NCBI GenBank assembly: GCA_035697515.1
Contig: DASSCS010000101.1
Span: forward strand, 17,540-81,539
Direction: 5' to 3'
Source: Acidimicrobiales bacterium
Lineage (GTDB): Bacteria > Actinomycetota > Acidimicrobiia > Acidimicrobiales > VFJN01
DNA: 64,000 nt
Position 1 is the first letter of the stretch. The number at the start of each line of letters is the position of its first letter. A model generated the notes under the pieces. It saw only the letters and a list, made by a program, of their open reading frames with translations. It was not told where the DNA came from and ran no database searches. Shown in pieces: positions 36,856 through 46,541 of this stretch. The translations under genes were made by a program, and so were the position numbers.

Positions 36856-37764
36856 ATGCCCGAGTACAAGTTCGTGCTGTACGAGACGCTCGACGAGGGG
36901 CGGATCGCCCGCATCGTGTTGAACCGGCCCGAGGCCCGGAACGCCCAGAACCGCGGGATGCTCGTCGAGCTCGGCGACGCCTTCCTCCGCGCCGAGGCCG
37001 ACGACGAGGTGCGCGTCGTCATCCTCGCCGGCGCGGGGCCGATGTTCTCGTCCGGGCACGACATGGGATCGAAGGTCTCGCTCGAGGAGTACATGCCCGG
37101 GCCCGACCAGCACCCGACGCGAACGATCAACGGCGCCACCCGCGAGGGGGCCGAGAACCTGATGCTGCAGGAGTGGCACTACTTCTTCGAGAACACCCGC
37201 CGCTGGCGCAACCTCCGCAAGATCACGATCGGCCAAGCGCACGGCGACGTGTACGCCGCCGCGCTGATGCTGCTCTGGGCGTGTGATCTCATCGTCGCCG
37301 CCGACGACACCCGCTTCACCGACGTGGTGGGCACCCGGCTCGGGATGTGCGGTGTCGAGTACTTCGCCCACCCGTGGGAGTTCGGTCCCCGCAAGGCGAA
37401 GGAGCTGCTGCTGACCGGCGACTCGATCGACGCCGACGAGGCGCACGCCCTGGGCATGGTGAGCAAGATCTTCCCGGCCGACGGGCTCGGCGAGCACACC
37501 CTGCAGTTCGCCCGGCGGATCGCGCAGCTCCCCACGATGACGGCGCTGCTCATCAAGGAGGCGGTCAACCAGAGCGTCGACAACATGGGCTTCTACAACG
37601 CCCTCAACGCCTGCTTCACCCTGCACGAGCTGAACCACTCCCACTGGGCGCAGGTGAACGACGACGGCTACCCCGTGGCGAAGGAGGACTCGGGCATCCC
37701 CAACTGGAGGGAGGCTCCGCCCATCGTCCCCGCCGTCAAGGACAAGGTGCGCGCCGACCAGTAG
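36856..37764 (+). CDS. enoyl-CoA hydratase/isomerase (crotonase) family protein
   Basis: IARIVLNRPEARNAQN, VVILAGAGPMFSSGHDM, AAALMLLWACDLIVAADD. Confidence 0.9.
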   Translation: MPEYKFVLYETLDEGRIARIVLNRPEARNAQNRGMLVELGDAFLRAEADDEVRVVILAGAGPMFSSGHDMGSKVSLEEYMPGPDQHPTRTINGATREGAENLMLQEWHYFFENTRRWRNLRKITIGQAHGDVYAAALMLLWACDLIVAADDTRFTDVVGTRLGMCGVEYFAHPWEFGPRKAKELLLTGDSIDADEAHALGMVSKIFPADGLGEHTLQFARRIAQLPTMTALLIKEAVNQSVDNMGFYNALNACFTLHELNHSHWAQVNDDGYPVAKEDSGIPNWREAPPIVPAVKDKVRADQ

Positions 37765-37842
37765 CCCGCTTGCCGGGCCTGGTGGCGGCGGGTCGCACCG
37801 TCGCTGTTGGTACCTTGCCGGCCGACCTCCCCAAGGTGATGC

Positions 37843-39207
37843 ATGGCTCCTCTGCGAAGGGATCCCGAAGCTGCGCCGGCCGGCGCCGCCGTCGCCGACG
37901 ACCGGCGTGACGACGGCGAGTCCGACGCCGTGGTGCGCCGCGCCCCGTTCTCCGACAACCCCCGGGTCGGCGCCCGCGGGCAGCGGACGCAGCAGCGGAT
38001 CGTCGACGCCGCGCTGCGCGTCTTCGGCGAGGAGGGCTACCACCAGTGTGGTGTCGCCCGCATCACGCAGCTCGCCGGGTGCTCGCGGGCATCGTTCTAC
38101 CAGTACTTCTCCGGCAAGGAGGACGTGTTCCGCCATCTGGCGGGGCAGGTGGCGCGCCAGCTGAGCGCGTCGACCGAGGCGCTCGGCCTGGTCACGCCCG
38201 ACGCCGACGGCTGGCGGTCGACCCGGGCGTGGGTCGCCCGCTACGCCGACGTCTACGAGCGCTACGAGCCGGTCTTCCTCGTGTTCCAGACCGCGGCGGC
38301 GAGCGACGCGGCGGTCGCCGGCGGCTCGGCCCGCACGGGCGAGCGTCACGTCGCCTCCTTCCGGTCCCGGCTGACGGCGACGACCCTGCCCCCACGCCAG
38401 CTCGACCCGGTGATCACCCTCCTGCTCGGGTGCCTCCCCCGGACCCTCGACATCGCCGGCATCCTGCGGTCGGCCACGCCGTCCGCGTACCCGAGGGAGC
38501 GGATCGAGGACGCCCTCGCCGACGTCGTGCACCGCACGTTGTTCGGGCTCCAGGCCGTCAACGTGCACGCGCCCGCCCGGCGCCGGCCGCCGGTGCTCGA
38601 GTTCAGCCCCGCCGTGCAGGACGCCCTCGGCCACGACGGCACGGCGCGCCACCTGACCCCCGGTGGCAGGCGCACCCTGCAGGCCCTGATGGACGCAGGG
38701 CGCGAGCTGTTCGTTGCCCGGGGCTACCACGACACCCGCATCAACGACGTCGTCGCCGCCGCGGGCCTCTCCAAGGGGGCGTTCTACCGCTACTTCGAGA
38801 GCAAGGACCGCCTGGTCCAGGTCCTCGCCGTGCAGGCGATCCGCACCGTCTCGGCGACCCTGGCCGACATCCCTCCCGCCACTGCGCCCGACGGCGCGGC
38901 CCGCACGGCGGCCCTGCGCCGTTGGCTTCGGCGGTACAACGCCACGCAGGCCGGCGAGGCGGCGATGATCCGAGTCTGGGCCGACGCCGCGCTCGACGAC
39001 ACGGCGTTCAGATCCGATTCGGCCGCGGCTCTCGACTGGGGTCGGCGGCGGCTGGCGCACGTCCTGCGGCCACGGGGCTTCGGCGACGTCGACTCCGAGG
39101 CCGTCTTCGCCGTGGCCCTGCTCGGGACGTTCGGGGCCCGCGAGCGCCCCGCCGCCACGATCGACGCCGCCGCCCACATCATCGAGCGGGGGCTCCTCGG
39201 CCGTTGA
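37843..39207 (+). CDS. tandem (two-module, pseudodimeric) TetR family regulator, 454 aa
   Basis: Two complete TetR HTH segments in one ORF: RIVDAALRVFGEEGYHQCGVARITQLAGCSRASFYQYFSGKEDVF and LQALMDAGRELFVARGYHDTRINDVVAAAGLSKGAFYRYFESKDRLV. Each is followed by about 150 aa of helical ligand-domain-like sequence. The start codon is uncertain. Confidence 0.8.
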   Translation: MAPLRRDPEAAPAGAAVADDRRDDGESDAVVRRAPFSDNPRVGARGQRTQQRIVDAALRVFGEEGYHQCGVARITQLAGCSRASFYQYFSGKEDVFRHLAGQVARQLSASTEALGLVTPDADGWRSTRAWVARYADVYERYEPVFLVFQTAAASDAAVAGGSARTGERHVASFRSRLTATTLPPRQLDPVITLLLGCLPRTLDIAGILRSATPSAYPRERIEDALADVVHRTLFGLQAVNVHAPARRRPPVLEFSPAVQDALGHDGTARHLTPGGRRTLQALMDAGRELFVARGYHDTRINDVVAAAGLSKGAFYRYFESKDRLVQVLAVQAIRTVSATLADIPPATAPDGAARTAALRRWLRRYNATQAGEAAMIRVWADAALDDTAFRSDSAAALDWGRRRLAHVLRPRGFGDVDSEAVFAVALLGTFGARERPAATIDAAAHIIERGLLGR

Positions 39208-39243
39208 CCGGCGACGCGGTCGGTTCCGGCCACCGCGCATGTG

Positions 39244-39261
39244 GTCTAACATCTCGGTCAC
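39244..39261 (+). promoter_or_regulatory. 18-bp box GTCTAACATCTCGGTCAC, copy b
   Basis: It starts 37 nt after the tandem-TetR stop and ends 23 nt upstream of the GTG at 39284. It is followed by GAGGAGGGGGAG. Confidence 0.7.
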
Positions 39262-39283
39262 CTGGCGAGGAGGGGGAGACAAC

Positions 39284-40039
39284 GTGCGAACCGTGGTCGT
39301 GGGCGCGTCGAGCGGGCTCGGGCGCTGCATCGGGATCGGGCTGGCCCAGCGCGGCGCCCACGTGGCGCTGCTCGCGCGGCGACGCGGGCGGCTCGACGAC
39401 GCCGCCAAGGAGGCGGGCCCCGACACGCTGGTCGTCGAGTGCGACGTCACCGACGGAGACTCGTGCCGCACAGCGATCGACGAGGCCGCCGCCGGGCTCG
39501 GCGGCATCGACGCCCTTGTCTACGCCCCCGGGATCGGTCCCCTGGTCCGGCTGGTCGACACCGACGCGGAGACGTGGCGGCGCGTGTTCGACACGAACGT
39601 CACCGGCGCCGCGCTCACGACCGCGGCGGCCGTCCCGCACCTCACGGCGTCGTCCGGCGCCGCGGTCTACCTGTCGTCGGTCAGCGGGGCGCTCACGCCA
39701 CCCTGGCCCGGTCTGGGCGCCTACGCGGTCAGCAAGGCGGCGCTCGACAAGCTGGTCGACGCCTGGCGGGAGGAGCACCCCCACATCGGGTTCACCCGCG
39801 TCGTCGTCGGCGACTGCGCGGGCGGCGAGGGCGACTCGCGGACCCAGTTCAACGAGGGCTGGGACATGGCGCTGGCCACGGAGGTGGTCCCGATCTGGGT
39901 GGCGCGCAACTACCTGAGCGGCACGCTGATGGACGTCGAGCGCCTCGTGGCCGTCGTGGACACGTTGCTGCGGGAGGGCGCGACGCTGTCGGTCCCGTCC
40001 GTGACGCTCGCGCCGCGCCGGGCCGCCCCGCCGTCGTGA
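39284..40039 (+). CDS. short-chain dehydrogenase/reductase
   Basis: VVVGASSGLG and YAVSKAAL. The GTG start was chosen for Shine-Dalgarno spacing. Confidence 0.8.
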   Translation: MRTVVVGASSGLGRCIGIGLAQRGAHVALLARRRGRLDDAAKEAGPDTLVVECDVTDGDSCRTAIDEAAAGLGGIDALVYAPGIGPLVRLVDTDAETWRRVFDTNVTGAALTTAAAVPHLTASSGAAVYLSSVSGALTPPWPGLGAYAVSKAALDKLVDAWREEHPHIGFTRVVVGDCAGGEGDSRTQFNEGWDMALATEVVPIWVARNYLSGTLMDVERLVAVVDTLLREGATLSVPSVTLAPRRAAPPS

Positions 40040-40076
40040 CCCGCTGACCGGGTCGAGACCCCTCCCCAACACCCCG

Positions 40077-40898
40077 TCAACGCAGCCGCCACTGCGGCCG
40101 TTGACCCGACGAGAACCGGTCCTGGCCGGCCTTGAAGGCGGCGGCGTCCGACCCGATGCGGGTGAACAGGTTGGCGAGCCCGATCGCCTGCGTTCGGGGG
40201 ACCTCCAGCGCCGTCCACAGCGCCCGCATCGTGCCCTGCACGGCCAAGGCCGGCGCGTCGGCGATCACCCGGGCGGCCCAGCCGGCCCGCTCGCGGAGCT
40301 CGTCGCGGGGGACGACCTCGCTCACCAACCCGATCTCGCGCGCCCGCTCGGCCGACATCCGCTCGTGGGCGCCGAGCAGCGACAGCCGCATGATCTCCTG
40401 GAACGGCATCTTGGCCAGCATCTGCATGGGCTCGAACGCTGCGGTCATCCCGTAGGTGACGTGGGGGTCGAAGAACACCGCGTCCTCGGCGGCGATGATG
40501 AACTCGACCTCACCGAGGATGTAGAACGCGCCCCCGCACGCCATGCCGTGCACGGCGGCGATCACCGGCTTCCACAGGTCGCAGGTCTTGGGGCCGACGT
40601 CGCGGCCGGGATCGTCGTACATCCATGGCGTCGGGTAGTCGGGGAAGTTGCCGGCCGCCATGGCGGCGTTGTTGTCCTCGGAGACCGCCTCGGCGCGGTC
40701 GATGCCGGTGCAGAAGGCGTCGCCCTCGCCGGTCAGCACGATGCAGCGCACGTCGTCGTCGTAGCGGAAGCCGTGCCACACCTCGTGCAGCTCCGCCTGC
40801 ATCTGCTTGTTGATGGCGTTGCGCACCGTCGGCCGGTCGAGCGACACCCAGGCGATGCCGTCGTCCTCGGCCACCGACAACGTCTCGTAGCTGGTCAT
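40077..40898 (-). CDS. enoyl-CoA hydratase/isomerase (crotonase) family protein
   Basis: [43 protein letters not shown]. Confidence 0.9.
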   Translation of the reverse strand: MTSYETLSVAEDDGIAWVSLDRPTVRNAINKQMQAELHEVWHGFRYDDDVRCIVLTGEGDAFCTGIDRAEAVSEDNNAAMAAGNFPDYPTPWMYDDPGRDVGPKTCDLWKPVIAAVHGMACGGAFYILGEVEFIIAAEDAVFFDPHVTYGMTAAFEPMQMLAKMPFQEIMRLSLLGAHERMSAERAREIGLVSEVVPRDELRERAGWAARVIADAPALAVQGTMRALWTALEVPRTQAIGLANLFTRIGSDAAAFKAGQDRFSSGQRPQWRLR

Positions 40899-41016
40899 GG
40901 ATGCCGAGCTTAGGGTCGGGCCTCGTCCTCACCTGATTCCCCGTCAGGTCGTGCGGGCGCAGTCGGGCATCGCTCGCTAGTGCGACGCCGCGGGTCCGCG
41001 CAGCGCCGCGCACACG

Positions 41017-41208
41017 CCCGCCGTCGACGAGCACGTCGACGCCCGTGACGAAGCTCGCCCCGTCGGAGAGCAGGAAGGCGACGACGGCCGCGAGCTCCTC
41101 GGGCCGGCCGACGCGGCCGAGCGGTGTCCGCTCCACCAGCACGTCCATGAACGGTTGGCTCGCTGCCTCCTGCCGGCCCTGCGGCGTGTCGACGATGCCC
41201 GGCGTCAC
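41017..41208 (-). pseudogene. C-terminal remnant (about 64 codons) of an SDR
   Basis: TPGIVDTP...[36 protein letters not shown] is the SDR C-terminal third. There is no Rossmann or catalytic part upstream and no nearby in-frame stop. Confidence 0.55.
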
Positions 41209-41272
41209 GTCACGTCGGCCGCGTCGTGGAGGTACGCCCGGAGGCGGTCGTGGGCCGCCGCGGTCGCGGGCC

Positions 41273-42037
41273 TCATCGCGCCACCTCCAGCTCGCCGAGG
41301 TAGGCGCGTTCGAGCGTCCGGCTGTCGCTGCGCAGCTCGTCGGCGGTTCCCCGGAGCACGATGCTGCCGCGGTCGAGGACGGCCGCCTCGTCGGCCACGT
41401 CGAGCGCGAGCCTGACGTGCTGCTCGACGAGCACGACGGCGGCGCCGTGGTCGCGGGCGATCGTGCGCACGGTGTCGAAGAGCGTCTCGACGACGAGGGG
41501 GGCCAAGCCCATGCTCATCTCGTCGACGAGCAGCACCCGGGGCCGCTGGATCAGGGCCCGGGCCATGGCGAGCATCTGCTGCTCACCACCGGAGAGCGCA
41601 CCGGCCGCCAGGCCCCAGCGCTTGTCCAGCGCAGGGAAGATGTCGAGGAGGTCGCGCGGCGCGGGGCCGCCCCGGGACCTCGCGACCTCGAGGTTCTCCT
41701 CGACGGTCAGCGTCGCGAAGAGCGACCGGTCGTCGGGGACGAGCACCACGCCGGCGCGGCTGGCGGCGACGGCGTTCCCGCTGCGCAGCGTGACTCCGTC
41801 CACGGTCGCTCGTCCGGCACGCGCCGGGAGCAGCCCGGCCAGTGTGAGCAGCAGCGTCGACTTGCCGGCGCCGTTCGGGCCGAGCAGCGCGAGCACGGTG
41901 CCCGCGTGCACGTCGAGGTCCAGGTCGCGGAACACGACCGTGGCGCCGTGGCCCCCGCTGAGGCCTGCGCACTCGAGCCGGACGCTCGTCGCCTCGGTCG
42001 CGTCGGCTCCCGCCGCAGTCGCTCGACGCTCGTTCAT
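41273..42037 (-). CDS. branched-chain-amino-acid-type ABC transporter ATP-binding protein (LivF-like)
   Basis: The ATG overlaps the upstream stop (ATGA). Walker [10 protein letters not shown], signature LSGGEQQML. Confidence 0.9.
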   Translation of the reverse strand: MNERRATAAGADATEATSVRLECAGLSGGHGATVVFRDLDLDVHAGTVLALLGPNGAGKSTLLLTLAGLLPARAGRATVDGVTLRSGNAVAASRAGVVLVPDDRSLFATLTVEENLEVARSRGGPAPRDLLDIFPALDKRWGLAAGALSGGEQQMLAMARALIQRPRVLLVDEMSMGLAPLVVETLFDTVRTIARDHGAAVVLVEQHVRLALDVADEAAVLDRGSIVLRGTADELRSDSRTLERAYLGELEVAR

Positions 42038-44787
42038 GCCGTCGCCACCTCGCTCTCGTGCATCGTGCCGAGGTACGCCTCGGCGACCGCGCGGTCGGCC
42101 CGGATCGCGTCCGGCGGTCCCTCGGCGATGACCTCTCCGAAGTCGAGCACGTAGACGTGTTCGCACACGTTGAGCACGAGGTTGACGTCGTGGTCGACGA
42201 GGAGCATGGCGGCGCCCGCCGAGCGGATGGTGCGGATGCGCTCGCCGAGCCATGCGCTCTCGTCGCTGTCGAGCCCGGCGGCAGGTTCGTCGAGCAGCAG
42301 GACCGCAGGGTCCGCCACGCACGCACGGGCGATCGAGACGAGCTGGCGCTCACCCTGGCTCAGCGCACCCGCCGGGCGGTCGCGCAGCCCCGAGATGCCG
42401 ACGTTGTCGAGCGCCCGTGCCACCGCGGCGCGGCGGTCGGTGTGGCGGCGCCCCGACGCGGCAACGCTGACGTTCTCCTCGACCGAGAGGTCGCCGTAGA
42501 GCTCGAGCGACTGGAACGTGCGGGCGAGGCCGGCGCGCACGCGAGCGTGCGGGGCGAGCGTGTCGATGCGCCGTCCGCCGAGCTCGACTGACCCCCTGGC
42601 CTCGGCGAAGCCGCTGACGGCGTCGATGACGCTGGTCTTGCCAGCCCCGTTCGGTCCGATGAGCCCCACGATCGTGCCGCCGTCGATGCGGAGCGTCACG
42701 TCGTTGACGGCGACGACACCGCCGTAGCGCACCGTGAGGTGGTCGATCCGGAGGGCGGCGGCACCATCCACCGGCGCGACGGCCGCGGGCGCGGCGGCCG
42801 TGGGCGCGACGGCCGCGACCGCCCGGCGCTCGACGCCGGCACCGCCGGCGCTTCGGCTCGACCTCCAGCGTGCCCAGCGGTCCGCGAGCTGGTGGCCCGC
42901 AGCGGCGATGCCCTCGGGGTTGACGATGAGGGTCACGATGAGGAGGACGCCGGTGATGACCTGGAACCACTCGCCGAGGTCCACCCAGCGGTCGAGGGCG
43001 ATGAACATGATGCCGGTGGACGCGATGATGCCGGCGCTGATGCCGCCCCAGACCGACGTGATGCCGGCCAGGTAGGCGGTCGACAGCAGCGCGAGCCCGC
43101 CGATCGCGGTGAACGAGTCGAACGTGACGACCCCCCGGCGGTACGCCAGCAGGCCGCCCCCCAGCCCGGCGATGAACGAGGCGAGCGCGAAGCTGAGGAC
43201 CTTCACGCGCACGACGTTGACCCCGGCGGCTGCGGCCGAGCGCTCGTTGGCCCGGACGGCGAGCATGGCCGAGCCGAGCGTGCTCCGCCGCAGGGCGGCG
43301 ACGCCCAGGGCGACGGCCACGAGGGTGACGAGGCACACGAGGCCGAACTCGATCCTCGGGAACTCCTGGCCGGACCCGATGCCCAGGTCGATGCCGAACA
43401 TCGAGGGCGGGGTGACGCGGGCGCCCGAGCTCGGGACGATGTCGGAGTTGCGGAACCAGACCGCCTCGATGGCGTAGGCCAGCGCCAATGTCACCACGCC
43501 GAGCGTGAGGCCCCGCGTCCGCAGGGCCGGCAGGCCCACAACCACCCCGATGGCGGTGGAGACGAGCGCGGCCAGCAGGGGCGCGAACGGGAAGGGCACG
43601 CCCCAGTCCTCGGTGAGCATGCTGAGGGTGAACGCCGCGGTGCCGGCGAGGGCGAGCTGGGCCAGCGACACCTGGCCGGCGTAGCCCGTGACGACGACGA
43701 GCGAGAGCCCGATGACCGCGGCGATGAACGTGCTGATCACCGCGGCGCGCCACGTCCCCGCCGTGAGCGCCAAGGCCAGCAAGCCGACGACCGATCCGGC
43801 GATCATGGGGAGGAGGAGGGACCGCGGGCGGGGCGCGTAGCCCAGACGCTGCCGGGTGAGGCCGCCGCGCACGGGCATCCCGCCGCCGACGAGCACCAGC
43901 GCGACGAGGATGACGATCAGCGGCACGAGCTCGGCCGCCCCGGTCTGGGGCATCCACGAGACGTCCGACGCCAGCGACAGCGCCTCGGCCTGCAGCATCC
44001 CGATGGCGATGCCGGCGGCCACGATCGTCACGATGCTCTGGAACCGTCCCACGACGGCGGCGGCGAGCGCCGGGACGACGAACAGGGTGTAGGTCACGGG
44101 CGTGAGCGGGTTCACGGGGGCGATGAGGATGCCGGCGATGCCGGCGACCATCGCGCTGATCATCCAGTTGACGAGGGCGATGCGGTCGGGCGAGACGCCG
44201 CTGACGAAGGCGCCCGTCTGCGACTCCGCCGTCGCCCGCGTCAGCAGCCCGAAGCGCGTGTACCGGAAGCCGGCCGAGAGCACGACCGCGAGGACGACGA
44301 CGGTGAGCGCGAGGTAGAACCGGTCGGACAGCACGATCACCTCGCCCAGCTCCCAGCGGTCGACCGGGAAGATCGGCCGGACGCTCACGGTGTTGGTGCC
44401 CTGGCGGATCGCCAGCACGCCCTGGATCACCACGAGGACGCCGAGCGACGCGACCGCCCGGGCCAGCGGGGGCGCAGCGCGGAGCGGCCGGAACACCAGC
44501 AGGTAGAGCAGCGCGCCCAGCACGGCCGCGATGACCAGCGAGAGCGCGACGGCCGGAGCGAAGGCGAGCTCCCGGCCGAGGTCGACGGTCTTCGGGAGCC
44601 CCGGGACCGGAACGAGCAGCTCGCCGCGGCGCAGGCCCGCGTAGGTGTACGCCACGTACAGAGCCAGCGCGCCCGTCGCGAAGTTCACGACGCCCGAGGC
44701 GCGGTAGGTGATCACGAGGGCGAGCGCGAGGGCGGCGAACACGCCCCCGCTGCCGAGGCCGAGCAAGAGGGAAGCGACGTGGTCCAC
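42034..44787 (-). CDS. fused LivH-like permease / LivM-like permease / LivG-like ATPase (917 aa)
   Basis: One uninterrupted ORF. LivH-like region with FRPLRAAPPLARAV, LivM-like region with VTGYAGQVSLAQLALAG, then GPNGAGKTS...LSQGERQL. Confidence 0.85.
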   Translation of the reverse strand: MDHVASLLLGLGSGGVFAALALALVITYRASGVVNFATGALALYVAYTYAGLRRGELLVPVPGLPKTVDLGRELAFAPAVALSLVIAAVLGALLYLLVFRPLRAAPPLARAVASLGVLVVIQGVLAIRQGTNTVSVRPIFPVDRWELGEVIVLSDRFYLALTVVVLAVVLSAGFRYTRFGLLTRATAESQTGAFVSGVSPDRIALVNWMISAMVAGIAGILIAPVNPLTPVTYTLFVVPALAAAVVGRFQSIVTIVAAGIAIGMLQAEALSLASDVSWMPQTGAAELVPLIVILVALVLVGGGMPVRGGLTRQRLGYAPRPRSLLLPMIAGSVVGLLALALTAGTWRAAVISTFIAAVIGLSLVVVTGYAGQVSLAQLALAGTAAFTLSMLTEDWGVPFPFAPLLAALVSTAIGVVVGLPALRTRGLTLGVVTLALAYAIEAVWFRNSDIVPSSGARVTPPSMFGIDLGIGSGQEFPRIEFGLVCLVTLVAVALGVAALRRSTLGSAMLAVRANERSAAAAGVNVVRVKVLSFALASFIAGLGGGLLAYRRGVVTFDSFTAIGGLALLSTAYLAGITSVWGGISAGIIASTGIMFIALDRWVDLGEWFQVITGVLLIVTLIVNPEGIAAAGHQLADRWARWRSSRSAGGAGVERRAVAAVAPTAAAPAAVAPVDGAAALRIDHLTVRYGGVVAVNDVTLRIDGGTIVGLIGPNGAGKTSVIDAVSGFAEARGSVELGGRRIDTLAPHARVRAGLARTFQSLELYGDLSVEENVSVAASGRRHTDRRAAVARALDNVGISGLRDRPAGALSQGERQLVSIARACVADPAVLLLDEPAAGLDSDESAWLGERIRTIRSAGAAMLLVDHDVNLVLNVCEHVYVLDFGEVIAEGPPDAIRADRAVAEAYLGTMHESEVATA

Positions 44788-44902
44788 GGCAAGCGTCTCC
44801 GAACGTCAGGGAGGAGGGCGGGTCGGGCGGGAAGCCCCCCGGTGGTCGCCGTGCGCCGCCGGAGACAGCGCACGGCGACCGGGGAAGGGGCACCGTGGCC
44901 CG

Positions 44903-46216
44903 TTACAGCCCTTCGACGATGTCCGACGAGTCGACGGGCTCGTAGCTGGCGGGGTTGCCCTCGGCGTCGAGCGTGGCCCGCAGCGAGTTGTTCGAGCACA
45001 CGGCCGGCTGGTCCGGGAACGCCGTCCCGCCGCACTGGAACGTGAGGCCGTCGGCCCCGGGGTAGTCGGCCTCGTCCATCGACTTGATCGCCTCCGCCGC
45101 GGCCTCCGGGGTGATGTCGTCCGCGATCCCCTCGAGGGCTGCGGCGAGCGACGCCACCGTGGTGTACGCGCCCATGGCGAGGGCGTTCTCGACGTCCTCG
45201 ACGTCCTCACCGTAGGCGTCCATCACCTCCTGGTAGAGCTGGTACGCCGGGTCGTCGGTCGCGCCGACGGCCATGGTGGCGGTGAGCGAGATCCCCTCGA
45301 GCTGGTCGCCCGGCACCGCCTCGCGCGTGGCATCGGTGATGCACTGCGAGATCGAGGTGATCTGGCCCTCGTAGCCGACGGCGTTGAGCCCCTGGATCGC
45401 GGCGATGCAGAAGGCGTCGTTGCCGATGATCTGCACGACACCCGCGTCGCTCTCGGCGACCTCCTGCATCTGCGAGGTCATGTCGGCCGTGCCCGGCGGG
45501 ATCTTGACGAGCTCGTACTCGAGCCCGGCGTTCCCGAGGACGGCGTCCGCGGCACCGGATTCGAACGAGGCGTTCGCCTGGGGGACGTCGATGTTGACGA
45601 AGGCGATCTTGTCGGTGCCCTCGCTCTCGGCCACGGCGATCGGAACCCCGAACAGCGTGGCGAGCGGGTTGACCATGGTGAAGCTCGTCTCGCCGTCGCT
45701 GAGGAGGTCCTCGGCGCTGGTCTGGAAGAACAACGTCGGCACCCCGGCGGCGTGCAGCGGCTCCCAGACCGCGTCGGCCACCGCGGACTGGCTGAGGGCG
45801 ACCGCCACGACCTGCTCCTCGACCATCTGGTTGGCGCAGTTGGTCCCGCCGGCCGGGTCGGCGCCCGTCTCGCAGGTCACGATCTCGATCGGCCGGCCGC
45901 CAACGCCACCGCGGTGGGTGTTCCAGTACTCGGCCGTGGCCTCGGCGGTGCGGAGCTCGTCGGTGTTGTCGAACGCCTGCGTGGCGCCGTCGGAGACCAT
46001 CGCGATCCTGACCGGCTCACCCGACGCGGCGTCCTCGGGCCCGAGCAGGTCGGTGGCCTCGGAGCCGGACGTGGTCTCGTCGCCCGCTGTCGACGCGTCG
46101 TCGTCATCGCCGCCGCACGCTGCGACCGCGAGCAGCAGCACGGGCAGGACCGCCAGGGCGATCCCCCGCCGGGGCGACCCGCCGCGGCGCCCTGTCGCCT
46201 CCCCCGGCTTCTCCAT
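44903..46216 (-). CDS. ABC substrate-binding lipoprotein, Leu/Ile/Val-binding (type I PBP) family
   Basis: ATG preceded by AGGAGGGGGCAC. Signal SPRRGIALAVLPVLLLAVAACGG (lipobox, possible twin-arginine). Confidence 0.85.
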   Translation of the reverse strand: MEKPGEATGRRGGSPRRGIALAVLPVLLLAVAACGGDDDDASTAGDETTSGSEATDLLGPEDAASGEPVRIAMVSDGATQAFDNTDELRTAEATAEYWNTHRGGVGGRPIEIVTCETGADPAGGTNCANQMVEEQVVAVALSQSAVADAVWEPLHAAGVPTLFFQTSAEDLLSDGETSFTMVNPLATLFGVPIAVAESEGTDKIAFVNIDVPQANASFESGAADAVLGNAGLEYELVKIPPGTADMTSQMQEVAESDAGVVQIIGNDAFCIAAIQGLNAVGYEGQITSISQCITDATREAVPGDQLEGISLTATMAVGATDDPAYQLYQEVMDAYGEDVEDVENALAMGAYTTVASLAAALEGIADDITPEAAAEAIKSMDEADYPGADGLTFQCGGTAFPDQPAVCSNNSLRATLDAEGNPASYEPVDSSDIVEGL

Positions 46217-46541
46217 GTGCCCCCTCCTGGGTTGTGGACGGTGTGTCCTGGACATCTCTTCCCCTTGCTGTCGTGGGATCGGCGGTCGCGCCCGAGCCCC
46301 TGGGTGCGCGTCGTCGCTCATGGGGCCGGCACGTCCAGCACGACCGCGGTCGACATCCCCTCCTCTGGGCCGGGCGCACGTCCGGCTGGAACCCCCGTCC
46401 GCTGTGCCCCCGTGATGTGAAGGCTATGTTCGCAGTGAGAGAACGTCATTGCAACAGCGGGCAACGCTCCGACGCACCCAGCCAGAAGCATCGTGCCGAT
46501 CCACCCTTCGCACCGCCGCTCCGGCCACTCGACGCGGGGCA

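Noticed and set aside
44903-46321. The longer 472-aa start (ATG 46321) for the substrate-binding protein
   Set aside because: The extra 35 residues are Arg/Pro-rich and would precede an already long signal n-region. AGGAGGGGGCAC sits immediately before the ATG at 46216.
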